Below, in pieces: positions 23,793-37,000 of a stretch of 64,000 nucleotides of DNA. The first letter of the stretch is position 1; every line of letters starts with the position of its first letter. The translations under genes were made by a program, and so were the position numbers. The stretch comes from Callorhinchus milii (Eukaryota), in assembly GCF_018977255.1 (NCBI RefSeq), contig NW_024704743.1, positions 74,030,001 to 74,094,000 on the forward strand. Reading direction: 5' to 3'. The notes under the pieces are model-generated. The model saw only the letters and a program-made list of their open reading frames with translations, ran no database searches and was not told where the DNA came from.

Positions 23793-26700
23793 TATGAATG
23801 TTAATCAGAAATTATATTCATCATCTCTGTTGCACTGAAATGTTTGAACATGACTTGCTGAGATAGAACAACAATAATATGCATAGTGCCCTTCATGTAA
23901 GATAGCATCTCAGAGTGCTTGAGAAGATTTTTTAAAAAACTTTGAGAAGGCTAATAGAATAGAGAAAGCTTTTTCACTATGTAGTCTAGTTTCTGTCACA
24001 AAGTGCAACACAAAGTAAATTTGCTTTGACAGCTAAAAGCAAAATTCTGCTTACTTGCATTAGCGGGTTAATACAAGACATTACATAACTAGATTGGGGA
24101 TGGTGTCATTAAGTTGGAAGAGGAAAGTCTGAGTGAATTCTGAATATTCTTTGAATGGTGAGATAGTGTCATATCCTGTGACTCACTTAAGCTCTTTTGG
24201 TTTATTTTTGGTGCTGCAAGCTCTTATTTACAGTGTTGAAAATGCCAAGTGTTTTTGCACTGGCTATCACAGAGAAATAAACCATGATTCATTGTTTTAG
24301 GGAATGAGTTGCCAAAGTAAAATATTTTGTATCTGATTTCAGCACTCAGTGTTACGACAATTAGGAAACTAATTCATCAGTTAGTCAAAATACCACCCAA
24401 ACCAGCAGTGGAATCTGCCCTTTCCAGGCGTTGGACTTCAAACATCTCTCACCACATTCCTTACCTCTTAGAGTTTCTCAGAGCCTTAACTGAGATTCTC
24501 CATGCTGCTGGAAATGGAGAGTATTAGTGTTATGTTATTTGTAGCAATTAGTGTGATGGCCGTTTTGTGGCACTGGATGAAAGAAGCGAGTGGAGCATTC
24601 TGATTACTGATCTCTGAAACACTCGCTCCATCTCAGAGATTGAGTCACCAGATAGTTTTTGTTATAGAAAATTTCAAGGACTTTAGTAAATCGTGAGACA
24701 ATCAGATTCTGCCCTCACTTTGCTAAAGTGAAAAGAGTGTGGGGCTGAAATCCTCAATGGGATCTAGATCTTGGGAGGACTGAACTCCCTTGTATGCGTT
24801 CCCTTCATACTTTGAAGATGCATCAGAAGGTTTAAGTTCCAGTCTAATGAAACTCGTAAACTTAAGAACATAAGAAATGCGAGATGAAAAAAGACAGAGG
24901 TCCATCTAGTTCACTTTCCTGTGCTTCCTGTAAGCACATATGCTCCAAATTACCCATGTACTGTACACCATAATGTTATTTCCTAAAATAAACTATCTGA
25001 TCTGTGTTTGAAAGAATCTCATTCCTATGAGATTGCTGCAACAATTGAACGGAATTGGTGGTGGGTGAAGATTTCTTGCCCTCAGTGATGTACTCTTATA
25101 CACTGTATTCTAATCAAAAGATATCCTACTCAAAAGTTTTTCCCCCAAGCTGGATAGAAGAGATTTGTCCAGCTACCAGGATCATCACTTTACAGATCAC
25201 CTGAGACTCTCCACAGATCACCAGAGATTCTTAACACATCACAAACTAGCATGCACTGGTTGAGCCGAGTGGCCTGTTTCTGTACAGTCATTGTAAAACA
25301 TCACAACCCTAACATCGAGCAACGGGTTTCCTTTTCTAACTAGCCAACAAATTCCATTACGAGCTATTTCATCCAGCCTTCAGATCTACCTATGGGACCT
25401 TAATCTTGTCTTCAGAAGCTTTCATATATGTTCCCCCTCAACCTTTGTCTCTTCATGACCTTTTAATCTGTTTTCAAATGGAACCTACTTTTTCCCTTAG
25501 TTTCACCAGTCACTGAGCTTCAGGTTCTCATCATAGGTTGTACAACTCATTTGGGAATCCCAGTAATGCTTGAATCCAATATAAAATCAGTCTTTCAACT
25601 CTCCCAAGAGGTTACAGTACCAAAATATTCTCTGGGACCACATTTCTTGGAGGATGAACACAGATTTCACTGCAAAGATATTTTTAGAACCATGGGATTT
25701 GGACTTGAAACATGATTAACCCCACACACTTTTTCTTGGGACTTAGTGAATGAATAAATAAAAAATCTTTACACTTGATTAATTTCAGGAGGATATCTCA
25801 AAGCACTTCACAGGATATACTATAAACTCTATTGAGTGTATTGTGTAGACAAATGCAGTAGCTAATTTGTGCACAGCAATGCCCAATCCTATTGTACTTG
25901 GAGCATGAATAATGTTCATGAACAAATGAGGAACTCTAATTTAACTTCATTATAATAAGAAGAATTCTTGAATTTGGTTCAGCCCCTTATCACACCAAAA
26001 CATTTCAAAGCACTTCACAGAGATTTCTAGTAACTGTACAATTTACGACTATTTGTGGGACACTGTTGTGCACAATTGCTGACAGGTTTCGCCCACAAAA
26101 TACAGTCAATTCACTTTACAATATATTCTGTGAAGTGCTTTGTCTATGTCTTTGTAACATTCACTTCTGCTTTTTAACATTCATAGCTTTCCACCTTTAG
26201 ACTTAAATTTGTTCTGTCATGCTTCCTTTTCTTGTTCCTTTAGAAACTGATAGGGGGTTGGTTATGGCCAGCATTGAGGCAAGAATGATTTGACAGACGC
26301 TCATGCAGCTAAATTGGAGTGAGCCTGACAGTATGGCATGGCTGATCTACATGTGAATGAATGGAACAGATGTGTTTAGTCAAAGGGAGATTGTTAATAT
26401 TGTAAATTGAAATCCCTTCTGTAGATAAATGAGAGCTCACTATAAATGCACTTTGCAGTTAAGGGGGAAAAAATACTTAAAAGGCCCAATTACTTGAGCT
26501 GATTCTTCATCCATAATAACTTGGATTATTCTGTGATTTACAAATGACCCCGCACATTGTTTATTTCAGGGAAGCTTCATGTTCGTTTGAGAAAAGCAAT
26601 AATCTTGTTCAAATTGAGTATCATATTCAGCACTCCGAAACTCTGTCCTGCATGAAGGTTGCTATATAAATGCAAGTTGTTTTTGTTGGTGGTGATTCCC

Positions 26701-27457
26701 AAACTGTACTAAATATAGCAATAGCCCATAGCTGGTTACAGTATTGACAAAAGTTGGGGTGAAGGAAAGGGCAGAAAGTGAGGATGACAACTTAATGTCA
26801 CAGAAAATGTTAGTGTACCCTATGTACTTGTTTGGGGGTGAGAATGGATTTTAAAGTTCCTTTTATGGTTTCTTATTGTTTCTTATTGTTGAATGCTATT
26901 CTTTCGTCCTGCAAAGTGTGTGATTTAAAAACAAGTTTCTGCAGTACAGCTTAAACCAGCCATCTCGCCTCTTTGCAGATTGGTTGGACTAGTGACGAGC
27001 ATGATGGCCAGTCTGCTGCTCACTGCTGGTGGGCAGGAATGCACAGCTGCAGGCTCTCAGCTCACCCACTTTCAAATGACAGCTTACAATAATAGTTCCG
27101 TAATTAATTTTTTTAAAAAATATAAGTGTTGTTACTAATTTTACTGCCAACATCCCCACGTAAAGGAAGTATTTCATAGGATGCATGTTGATGGACTTTT
27201 CACTTGTCATTAAGTCCAAAACTGGAGGATGTAAATATAAGATAACAAGCAGCAACTCTGATAGGGAGCTAAACATGAGGATGTGGGGAGAATATTGAAT
27301 TCAAAAAGATTCAATGTATTTACAAGGAAACTTGAATGCATGCATGAGAGAGAAGGGAACAGATGGGGATTCGAAGGGAGGGGTCTCGTGTAGAGCATAA
27401 ACACTGGCACAGAATAGCTGGGATGAATGGTGTGTTTCTGTGCTGTGTAATTATATA

Positions 27458-27786
27458 GCAAGCGAGAGACCTGGGTTTGATTCCCAGCAGGGCGAAATGT
27501 TGGGCAAGTTTCCTTACTCCACACGCCTCTGCTCACCTAGCAGTAAGTAGGAAAACCCGGTTGTTAGTCGATTGGTGGATTGCTTTTCCATGGATAATAA
27601 TTCCTTCAAAAAAAATTGGTTACTCAGTCCACGACTGTTTGTGGGACACTGCTGTGCACAATTGGCTGCCACGTTTCGCCCACAAAATATACAGTCAATT
27701 AAATTAGCAGTATATTCTGTGAAGCACTTTGAGACGTCTCGAAGATGTGATAAGGCGCTATATCAGATGCAAGGATTATGATTATT
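27458..27786 (+). mobile_element. tRNA-derived SINE, long form, 5'-truncated
   Basis: gcaagcgagagacctgggtttgattcccagcagggcg..ccacacgcctctgctcacctagcagtaagtagg..gataaggcgctatatcagatgcaagg. Confidence 0.88.
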
Positions 27787-28335
27787 TCCATCCTTCTAAA
27801 CATTACAGTGTTATATAAAAATTAGATATACAAAGGTAAAAGAGCAACTTGCCTAGAATATTTATTTTGCTCAAGAGATCATATTATGAACAAAGTATTC
27901 CATAGACGGATAATTTTTAAAATGGGAATGAGAGTAACGGCTGAATTGTCTTTTCCTCTAATTGGATTCCCCTTTTTCTTCCATTGGGATGCAACTCCAT
28001 CTTCCATCTTCCTTACCCTCACCAAATGACCATGTATGATTTATGTATGAACCAGTACAATCTTACGCAATTTACTTTCGTACATGAGGTGGAGGTTTGA
28101 GCTTACTCCAAGATGACATGCTTGATAATGGAATTTCCAAATTGGATCAACACTGTGTGGCAGTCTCAGTAGTCCGGTTAATGAGCCAGGCAGGTCTGCA
28201 GTATTCCAGGGCACTACTGATGACAGCGCAGCTAGTCTTCCTCATTGGCAGGATGTGGAGGTGCAGACCAGTCACTGAGGGCATAGATTCTTCCCACTCA
28301 GCAGGAAAGCTTGCCAGATAATGTTTTCAAAGGCA

Positions 28336-28606
28336 AGCTAAGTGGTTTAGCTGGTTAGACTCCAGCAATACCCTAATGTACACTTCAGGGACCTCAAGTC
28401 TTGGCTCTGAACCATCTTCATCTCATCCTCTTACGAATTAGGTAAGCAGTGTGCATCCCATCAGGGAGAGACTGCACATTCCACTTCAGACACGGGGAAA
28501 TTTCCATGTGTAGGTGGCATACATATGTGGAACTCTGTCTGGTGTGGATACCCTTAAGCAAGATGGTGGATTTCCTCATCGTATCAGACATCTGGCTGAC
28601 CAAAAA
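28336..28606 (+). repeat. Unclassified dispersed ~250-bp repeat, copy B
   Basis: ggtttagctggttagactccagcaataccc..gggaaatttccatgtgtagg..ggatacccttaagca..ggctgaccaaaaa. Confidence 0.85.
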
Positions 28607-28674
28607 CAAATGCTACAATAGCACCATGAGAAGTTCTGCAGAAGTATTTTTTTCCCACTAAATTGATGTAACGT

Positions 28675-28950
28675 CCCTCGTCCCCTCTACTCCACCATCG
28701 GTGGCCGTGCCTTCAGCTACTGCGTCGCAAAACTCTGAAACTCTCTCCCTCAAGCCCCCCCCCTTGCCCCCTCCCTCCCCACTTTCAAATCCTGCTTAAA
28801 ACCTTCATTTTTATCTTGTTTAAGGTCACCTCTTTCCCCCCCCCCCTTCACTCCCTCTCCCCCTTGCTCGGGGTCAGACTCAGCCAATGTCAAGCTCTCT
28901 GGGACGCTACCCTGCATGAAGGGCACCATATAAATGCAAGTTGTTCTTGT
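28675..28950 (+). mobile_element. L2 LINE 3' fragment (representative of many)
   Basis: ctccaccatcggtggccgtgccttcagc..aactctctccc..ttcaaatcctgcttaaaacc..tgaagggcaccatataaatgcaagttgtt. Related fragments at about 3960-4280, 11410-11680, 13745-13960, 14920-15180, 17320-17590, 31000-31250, 40440-40665, 45700-46000, 49060-49590, 49885-50025, 53310-53425 and 59200-59345. Confidence 0.8.
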
Positions 28951-29189
28951 AACGTAAAATATTTGGGAACAAATATTTTCAGATGTCAGTTACAGAGAAT
29001 TAGACCTTTTCTAATTTTGATTTATTTCTGTTCCTTGAATTTTTTTTAATGAAATGTGGGTCAGAACATCATGGGAGAGGAGACTGGGCTGGAGAAGCTG
29101 TGGAATCTGTGGGATGTGATGACATTCAATTCCTGTCACTGCAGGGGTGATCATTAGCTCGGACTGCTCTTGATCTTGACTGCTCTTTG

Positions 29190-29511
29190 TGGAGTCCTGT
29201 AGCTCAGTGGTTAGAGCACTCGCTTTGCAAGTGAGAGACCTGAGTTCAATTCCAGGCAGGGCGAAACCTTGGGCAAGTTTCCTTACTCCACACGCCTAAT
29301 AATAATCCCTCCAAAAAACAAAAACAATAATTAAATTGGTCATTTTCAATCTATGACTGTTTGTGGGACATTGCTGTGCGCAATTGGCTGCCGCGTTCGC
29401 CCACAAATATACAGTCAACTCACTTTACAGTATATTCTGTGAAGCGCTTTGGGACGTCCTCCCGACGTGAAAAGCGCTATATCAAATGCAAGGATTATTA
29501 TTATTATTATT
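29190..29511 (+). mobile_element. Young tRNA-derived SINE, full length, short form
   Basis: A-box tagctcagtggttagagc and B-box gagttcaattcc. Deu-domain-like ctgtttgtgggacattgctgtgcgcaattggctgccgcgtt, L2-type 3' stem-loop, (tta)n tail. Several near-identical copies in the window. Confidence 0.92.
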
Positions 29512-29667
29512 GATAACACTGCAATTTCAACAATCAATGGTGAGACCAACTGCTCTCCACTGTTACAATGCAATACAAATTTACATTTAGATAGCGCCTT
29601 TCAGTTTGGGAGGACATTGTAAAGCTCTTAACAGTACTGGCTGGGATCTGTGGGGATGGGGAGAGAT

Positions 29668-29840
29668 ACCTACGCATTGAAATATCCCTGTGTCTGGAGT
29701 GGAATGCTCACTCTCTCCCTGGAGAGTCAGGCACTGCTTACCTAATTCCATACTGCGTTAAGTGCAGGTTGGCAAGACCTAGGAGTTGGGGACCCCAGAG
29801 TGCACGTTGTGATACTCTAGTGTTAAACCAACTAATGCCA
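29668..29840 (-). repeat. Unclassified repeat, copy D (partial, inverted)
   Basis: gaaatatccctgtgtctggagtggaatg..cactgcttacctaattcc..ggggaccccagagtg matches the reverse complement of copies B and C. Confidence 0.8.
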
Positions 29841-32589
29841 TGGAACATTTTGTTTGTTCCAAGAGGCTAGCGTTCCCACTTCTGCAAATTATTTGAAATG
29901 ACTAAGAGCCAGTTTTTCCTGTTCCAAGTTCCCAAGAACTCCCCAATCTCTGCACTTTTAACTGGTGAAATATTGTTTAATTGATAGATATGTGTGTCTT
30001 GAGCTGTGGGCAGGAGGATCGTGGAAATGCTCTCATAAGGCTAAAATTCCACACCTTGCCATTGAGAGGACTGTCTGGGAAGTTTCCTGCTGCTCTTCCA
30101 GCTGAGACCACACTACCCATTAGGGCTTTGGCTTCTAGGTTTAACAGGAACCGAGTGGGAAGAATGACTGGTCACAGTGACTGGTCTGGCCCTCCCAAGC
30201 CCTGCTGTTGTGCCAGGCGTGCTGCTCTGTGGGTCCTCTGTTTAACTTCTGAAGGGAGGCACCTCTGACAATTCAGTGCTCTCCCACCATTGCACTTTGT
30301 CAGCTTAGATTAAATATGCGCTTTGCTGGTACACTCAATGTGTAGCATTATAACTACAGTAATGACACATTATGTAAATGCTAATACTCAATCAATGAGG
30401 TCCCAATCCATTCGTTACTTCACATTGTTGCTCTTCAATGTATCCAGGTCCGTGTAAACATTTAGCAGACTTTCCTGTTTGTGTTCAACCTTTTGAGACC
30501 GGCAATACACTGACAGTGTACATAAGTGCATTCAAATTGCATTATAGCTCTAATTCAAACAGTCCATTGTATATCACCTGAGCTCACAGCCGAAACACTA
30601 ACCTTCAGTGACAGGACAGTTTTGGCAGCATGTTGTCAACTGGAGTCTAATTTTCAAACAATAATCTTAGTTTGTGATACAGAGTCTATAATATCAAAAC
30701 ATCAGGCATGAATTCTAAATTGTAACTTCTCTCGAAAATTGTTTGAGTATGAAATGGTTTGCAAAGGTGTCTGTTAGAATAGTGTCAGACAAAGCATTTA
30801 AAAGAGAATTAGACAAAGAGTATTAAAGGATACGAGGAAGGAGCAGGGAATTGAACTTCCTGGTGTAGTAAACACATGAAAAAAACAAACTTGGCAGCCA
30901 ATTTGTACAAAGCAAGCCAAGAGGTGAGTGATCAGTTTATCTAGAGAATTGTTAGCCAGGGCACTGGGAGAATTTGTAAGATTCTCCAATAGATTTATAT
31001 CACTCCACCATTGGCGACCATGCCTTCAGCCCCTACCCCCTGAAGCTTTGGAACTCCCCCGCCCCCACCCCCCACCCCCCCACCCCACCCCAATCCCTCC
31101 GCCTTGTCCCTTCCTTTTTGCATACAACTGAAGACCTACCTCTTCGATTATGTTTACAGTCACCTCCCCCATTTCCTCGGCCCGGCGTCAAACTCCGGCC
31201 CTGTGAAGCACTCTGAAACACTGCTACAACTGAAATGCAAGTTGTTATTATAAATAGCAAAGTGGATGTGTCTCAAGCTGATTCTCTGTAACTCCACTCA
31301 GGCACCAAACTCAGTTTCAATTTACGTGAAGTCGGATTTTGAACGAAAGCGGCTTCTGGCTCCTGGCAGGTGATCAATGTCCAATTCAAAGTTGCCGAGG
31401 ATGTAGAAGCACATCCACATATATATATATATACCTGCAGGATGTGCTATTTACAAATCCTTTTTGTCGCCGATTCTTGTAATTAATTTCTGCAATGACT
31501 CAATGCAGTTGTCTTGAAGGGTGATCTCTGAAGTAAAACTTTTTTATATACAGTTCAGGACTGAGCCTCCCGGCAGCAAATTTGCAACGTTGACATGGAT
31601 CATTTTTCTTCCCTTCCTAATTTGGATTTGCTACAGATTCGAAACCCAATGTAAATGTGCCTGAAGTAAATGGTCCGTTGCAGCAGGCGGAACAACAGGA
31701 AGACCATTGCACGCGCCAGTTGCCTTTAGGTCACAGTTTACACTTTGTTTTCAGGCTGCCATACCTCCGCTAATATGTGGAGGGTCCAAAAACAGTTCTG
31801 CTGGGCTGAGCCTGCCAGCAGCAAGAACACATGGCCTCTGACAACTGTTATTTACATGGCCATTGGGGACAGAGCTAACTCCAGAAACATTGGAGGAAAT
31901 CACCTCTTTTGTTGTGTCCTGGCCCCTCTGAGGGCAGCAGCACATTTTGTTTACTTTCTGGGAAGATATCCATGTTGCTGTAGCTCACATCTACTTATAA
32001 ATAACAATTCATTTTTTTGGATCACACTGGACAGGCTATAGAAGTAACCATTTTCGGCTCCATTATATAAAAAAAACTTGCTTCTTTCTATTGTCCTATC
32101 ATGTTGCAGGATCTCAAAGCTGCTTGTTCAGATAATTACTTTCAAGTGGAGTGGTCGTTGTTGTTTTAGCAGGCAAATCCAGCAACTGGATGCAATAGGT
32201 TACAGCCTGGTTCAATTGGTATCACTCTTATCTGAGTCAAAAGGTTACGGGTTCAAGCACCACTTCGGGACTTTGAACTCCCAAGTCCAAACTGATACTG
32301 CAATATCTCATCCAGTGTCTTGGCCAACATTCCCACAGATTTTTAAAAAATAGGTCATTCACTTTCATGCCTATTTGTGGGACATTGTTATGTGGAAATT
32401 GGCTGCTGTGTTTGTCTCCAAATACAGTCAACTTTGCAATAAAACTGAATGTGTGTTGACATGATGAGATGCTATATCAAATGCAAGGATTATTTATTAT
32501 TATTTTTATTATAACCATTGCACCAGCAATGGCCCAGAAACATGAGATGAATGACCAATTTATCTGGATTGTTGCCAAGGATGCTGGGA

Positions 32590-33325
32590 GAAACAACAAC
32601 AAAAAAATTACATTTGTTAAAGCACCTTTCACGTCAGGAGGATGTCCCAAGGTGCTGGACAGACGGTGTTTTGAACCCGAGCTGGGGGTCAGGGTCAGAG
32701 CAGGGGGGGAGCAGGGAGATTGAAAGCACGGTCGAAGTGGAGGATAATCCTTGCATTTGATATAGCGCTTTTCACGTCGGGAGGACGTCCCAAAGCGCTT
32801 CACAGAACACACTGTAAAGTGAATTGACTGTATATTTGTGGGCGAACGCAGCAGCCAATTGCGCACAGCAATGTCCCACAAACAGTCGTAGATTGAAAAT
32901 TACCAATTTTTTTTATTATTGTTTTTGGTTTTAGAGGGATTATTATTAGTCGTGTGGAGTAAGGAAACTTGCCCAAGATTTCTCCCTGCCTGGAATTGAA
33001 CTCAGGTCTCTTGCTTGCAAAGCGAGTGCTCTAACCACTGAGCTACAGGACTCCAAAACTTGCTTCTTGAGATGGGTCTTCAAGGAGGCAAGGGAGCGGG
33101 CAAGGCAGAGGGACTGCGGGATGGAGTTCCAGAGGGCAGGGGCAGTGTGGCAGAATGTCCGCCAGTCAAAAGTGGGGTGAGCGAGGCAGGGGACGTGAAG
33201 CAGGCCAGAGCCTGCTGAGCGGAGGGAGCGAGCAGGATGGTAGGGGATTAGGAAGTCGTAGAGCTAGGGGGGAGCAAGACCATGGAGGGCTTTGAAGGTG
33301 AGGACCAGGATCTTGAACTGTATCC
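32590..33325 (-). mobile_element. L2 LINE 3' fragment split by a young SINE (32744-33055)
   Basis: Tail and 3' UTR at 32590-32743. ORF2 C-terminal homology resumes at 33060-33325 (gatggagttccagagggcagggg...; gtgaggaccaggatcttgaa). Confidence 0.8.
32744..33055 (-). mobile_element. Young tRNA-derived SINE, short form, inserted in an L2 fragment
   Basis: Reverse complement of 29190-29511; L2 sequence on both sides. Confidence 0.92.
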
Positions 33326-33587
33326 TCATTTCTGATAAGTGCCATGACTTTTTTTAACTTCCAACTGTGCAGGCAGATGGAAACATAGTTTAACGTCTCA
33401 TATGAAAGAAGGCTCCTCTGAAAATGTAGCACTCCCCAAGCAATGCACTGGATTATCAGCCTATAAACTCAAATGGAGAAGTAGTAATGCCAATGTGAGG
33501 CTTAGATCTATACTCTTCTGAGCCAAACTGTTAACCCCTGATGAACGGACATAGTATCAGGACCTTTGTTCAAAGCTTTTTAACTGG

Positions 33588-34022
33588 ATAATCCTTGCAT
33601 TTGGTAAAGTGCCTTTCATGTTGGGAAGACGTCTCAAAGCACTTCACAGAATATATTTTAAAATGTAGTGACTGTTTTGTGGGTGAATGCGGCAACTAAT
33701 TTGCAAACAATCAATGTCCGACAAATGGCCTTAAAGTGAATAACCAATTTTATTTGGGGGATTGTTGGCCAGGACCCTGGGAAAAACTCCCTTTTCTTTT
33801 TGAAAAGTGCTACACCATCTTTAACGTTCACTTGAAAGGGAAGATGGGACCTCGGTTTAACATCTCACCTGAAGGATGGCACTTTCAACAATGCAGTACA
33901 CCCACAGTACCGAACTGGGAGTGTCAGCCTACACTATGTGAGTTCAAATCCCTACGTGGTGGTTGAGCCCACGGCCTTCTGCCTCAGAGGCGAGAGTGCT
34001 GCCAAGTGAACCAGGCCTACAC
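33588..34022 (-). mobile_element. Old tRNA-derived DeuSINE (SacSINE1-like), near full length
   Basis: Reverse complement reads gcctggttcacttggcagcactctcgcctctgaggcagaagg..aggctgacactcccagt..gagatgttaaaccgaggtcccatc..aagatggtgtagcacttttcaaaaag..ggtcctggccaaca..tgtgaagtgctttgagacgtc..aaatgcaaggattat. This is the DeuSINE central domain as in SacSINE1/AmnSINE1. Confidence 0.82.
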
Positions 34023-37000
34023 ACTTTGGGACACCAACATGCTGTCAGGTGGTTACACACATGCCAGATTGATTGTGGCATAGAAGGAGGTACCAGTTTC
34101 GATCCAGGAGGAAGAATTAGCACAGGCCACTTGTGAATTTGGCTGGCTCTAAACCAACACTGACAGGTGCGAGCAATGGGCCATGTAAGTCACACTCCAC
34201 TGGGGAATGACGTGTGGCACTTAGGAGGAATCCCAAAGAGAAAAGAACAAATGTGTACATGCAAAATTAGTCTGGCTGCTACGTGCTCAGTTTAAAGAAG
34301 TCCCATCTTCCTGGGTCACCTCCCTTTTCTCTCCCTTTCACATGCACCTACAAAATACACTCAGAACAACAACAAATTGCATTTATTTGGTGCCTTGCAT
34401 GTCGGGAGGACTACACTTTATTGTAAATCCTATGAAGCACCTGAAAATAATGATATAATAAGGCGTAAAATCAAGCCAAGGATTATTGCTATTATTCCCA
34501 AGAAGAGGAAAACTTCCCCCTTTATTCTTGCCTTCATGATCTTGTTTCCTGGGTAAAGTGAAATCCCACCGTCTTTCAAAAATCTGGTCAACGGGCGTAT
34601 TGTTGGTTGCTGAATTGAGTGTAAGGACCTGCCATTTCTGGGTTACTGCAGAGTAAGCTGCTAATATAAATCATTTGGAAGCTGGTGCCCTCATAACGTT
34701 AGCGAATTTCACACTTGCGTCTTACGATAGTCGAACCCATTTATAACATAACTGTGGAATTGAATATTTAGCAATGACATTTTCTTGCATTTCTGTATCG
34801 GGTCTATTTTAATTTTACTGTACACCTCAAATATGTAAATACTTCCTACTGCCCACAACCTTTTTAATGTGAGCTGCTGGTTTTGATGATTTTCACTTCT
34901 CTCTGGAAGATTTAATCTGCCATCTTGAAAATCCCATTAATGGAGATTAAGGTTGGAAACTGGGTAACTCCAGCCCCACGAATAAAGTGTTTGAATGCCA
35001 AAAATGGCCCTATTATTGCCATTTCTTTCCAAGCTGTCAATTTGAATTTATATTTGCAGTGCAAATGAGTCAGAGGTAGAAATTCCAGCTAACACTTTTT
35101 TTAAAAAAAAGATTTTGAATAGTGCATTGACTGAAGCAGCACTGAGGACTGAATGTAACATAGGAATTGGATTCCTTGCTCTAACCTCTTCATAAATGAT
35201 TCAGTGAGGCTGTTGAATAACAAAAGTATTAAACATACTAAAACCTCATATGAGTGAATGGTGTGTGTTTGAGAGAGATGGTTCCCTCTGAGTTTTTAGG
35301 GGTTTTTTAATGTGTGTTGGGAGTGGGATTTGACACTGACATTCGGTCTGGTTGCTTGAGCCTTGACTCACCTGCAGCAACAGTTGGAATGTCAAGTTCA
35401 GAGGAATTTAGTGTTTCCATATTTTGCTTCTGCTAAAGAAACTGGAGCATGTTGGGATACTGTGTCAGAGGTCTCAGTGTACACCAGAATCTTGGCTGAG
35501 TAAAGTATCTTTATGTGTGAAGTAGGGGAAAAGTGTTGGCAGGTTATAATAATCCATGCTTTTGATATAGAGCTTTATCATGCTCTGATATCATGCCTTA
35601 TCAAACACAGTGTGAAGTGTAGTTGCAGGTGAAACACGGCAACAAATTGTGCATGGCAATGTCCACAAACAGTGAATGACCAATTTTTTATCTCAGGATT
35701 GTTGGGATCATGGGATGTTTAATGCTCACTTGAATAGGCATATGGGACTTTGTTTTAACGTCTCATCCAGAGGATAGAACCTTCAACAATGCAGCGCACA
35801 CCAAAACTATATTGAAGTGACAGCATAGATTATGCAAGTTTAAGGTACCAATGTGGGGATTGTATCCATAATCTTCTGACTCAGAGGTGAGAGTACTACC
35901 AACTGAGCCAGGGTGACATACAGTGGGTCAGATAGCCCGCTTATATGTTAAAGATTTATCTGATGCATGTTGACATGAGGACAGTTCCTGGAGACCCTCA
36001 AACCCATGGTGTAACAGGAAGCTCGATGTCTTGGAGCTTTTATTTGTTGTTGTTTGCTCTGGCCTCAAATCCTCAACTGTAATTTGTTCAGGGCCGGCTG
36101 TGCTTTGCTCTGTGCCTTTTCCCCAATGCAATGCATTCCTTTATGCTGAAGGTGATCTGTCTTTTTTTGCCGCTCTTCATTACAGCTCTTGTTTTGTCAT
36201 TTGTGTTAATTGCTTCTCATGTTGCTATGGCTATAACAATACCTGCAGATACCATCTGGGCTCAATTTATTGAAACCAAAAGCTGAGCTGCCCCTAGTTG
36301 TATGTACTCTCAATGGACGTATTTGGTTAATGCTTCCAAATTTTATGAACAAACATTGTTGCCATGGAATCAGTAATTTCATCAGTAATAGCTGAGATTA
36401 ACATGCAGGGGATTGAACACAGTGAGTGGGGACAATAGATATTTTAAAGCAGTGTCGCGGGAGTAAGGATTCATGCCATGCACTGTTGAAGCAGTTTCAA
36501 AGGCTTCCTTGCACAAATCGATATAAACACCTCCAAATATATAAGGAGAGTACCTACTTCCTCTTTGAACGGTCAGGATCCCTCTCTCCTTTCCTAGGTG
36601 TCAAACTCCGTTCATGTTAAGCACTCCGCCATGAAGTGAATGCCTGATTTTATTTGGGAGCTTGTTTGCCAGGACACCAGGAGAAACTCCCTTCTCTTTT
36701 CAAGTAGTACCATGAGACCTGAACATGCATACAGATCCTCAGTATAACATCTCATCTGAGGTACAGAATGTTGTCTTATTGCTGGATGGTTTGCAGGGTG
36801 AAGTCTCACTTAAGTTTCCAGTTGGTTGGGATAGTGTAGGGAAAGGTTTATCCTGTACCTGACTGGTTGCCTGGACTGGTTGTGACGGGTGCTGATTATC
36901 ACCTAGATGAGTGGAGCACGTTACGGGGGGGAAACACACTCTTTAATATTGGATGAAATCTTAAAAACTGAATTTCTGTGGAAAAGAAAGCCATCACAAC

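Noticed and set aside
25194..25245. 21-bp tandem unit (acagatcacctgagactctcc) x2.5; similar short duplications at ~2349, ~11348 and ~20323/20374
   Set aside because: Ordinary local duplications with no spacer structure; not CRISPR-like.
29190..29262. tRNA-like sequence (possible tRNA-Ala gene), also at other SINE heads
   Set aside because: No proper acceptor stem, and it always continues into the SINE body; these are SINE heads, not tRNA genes.
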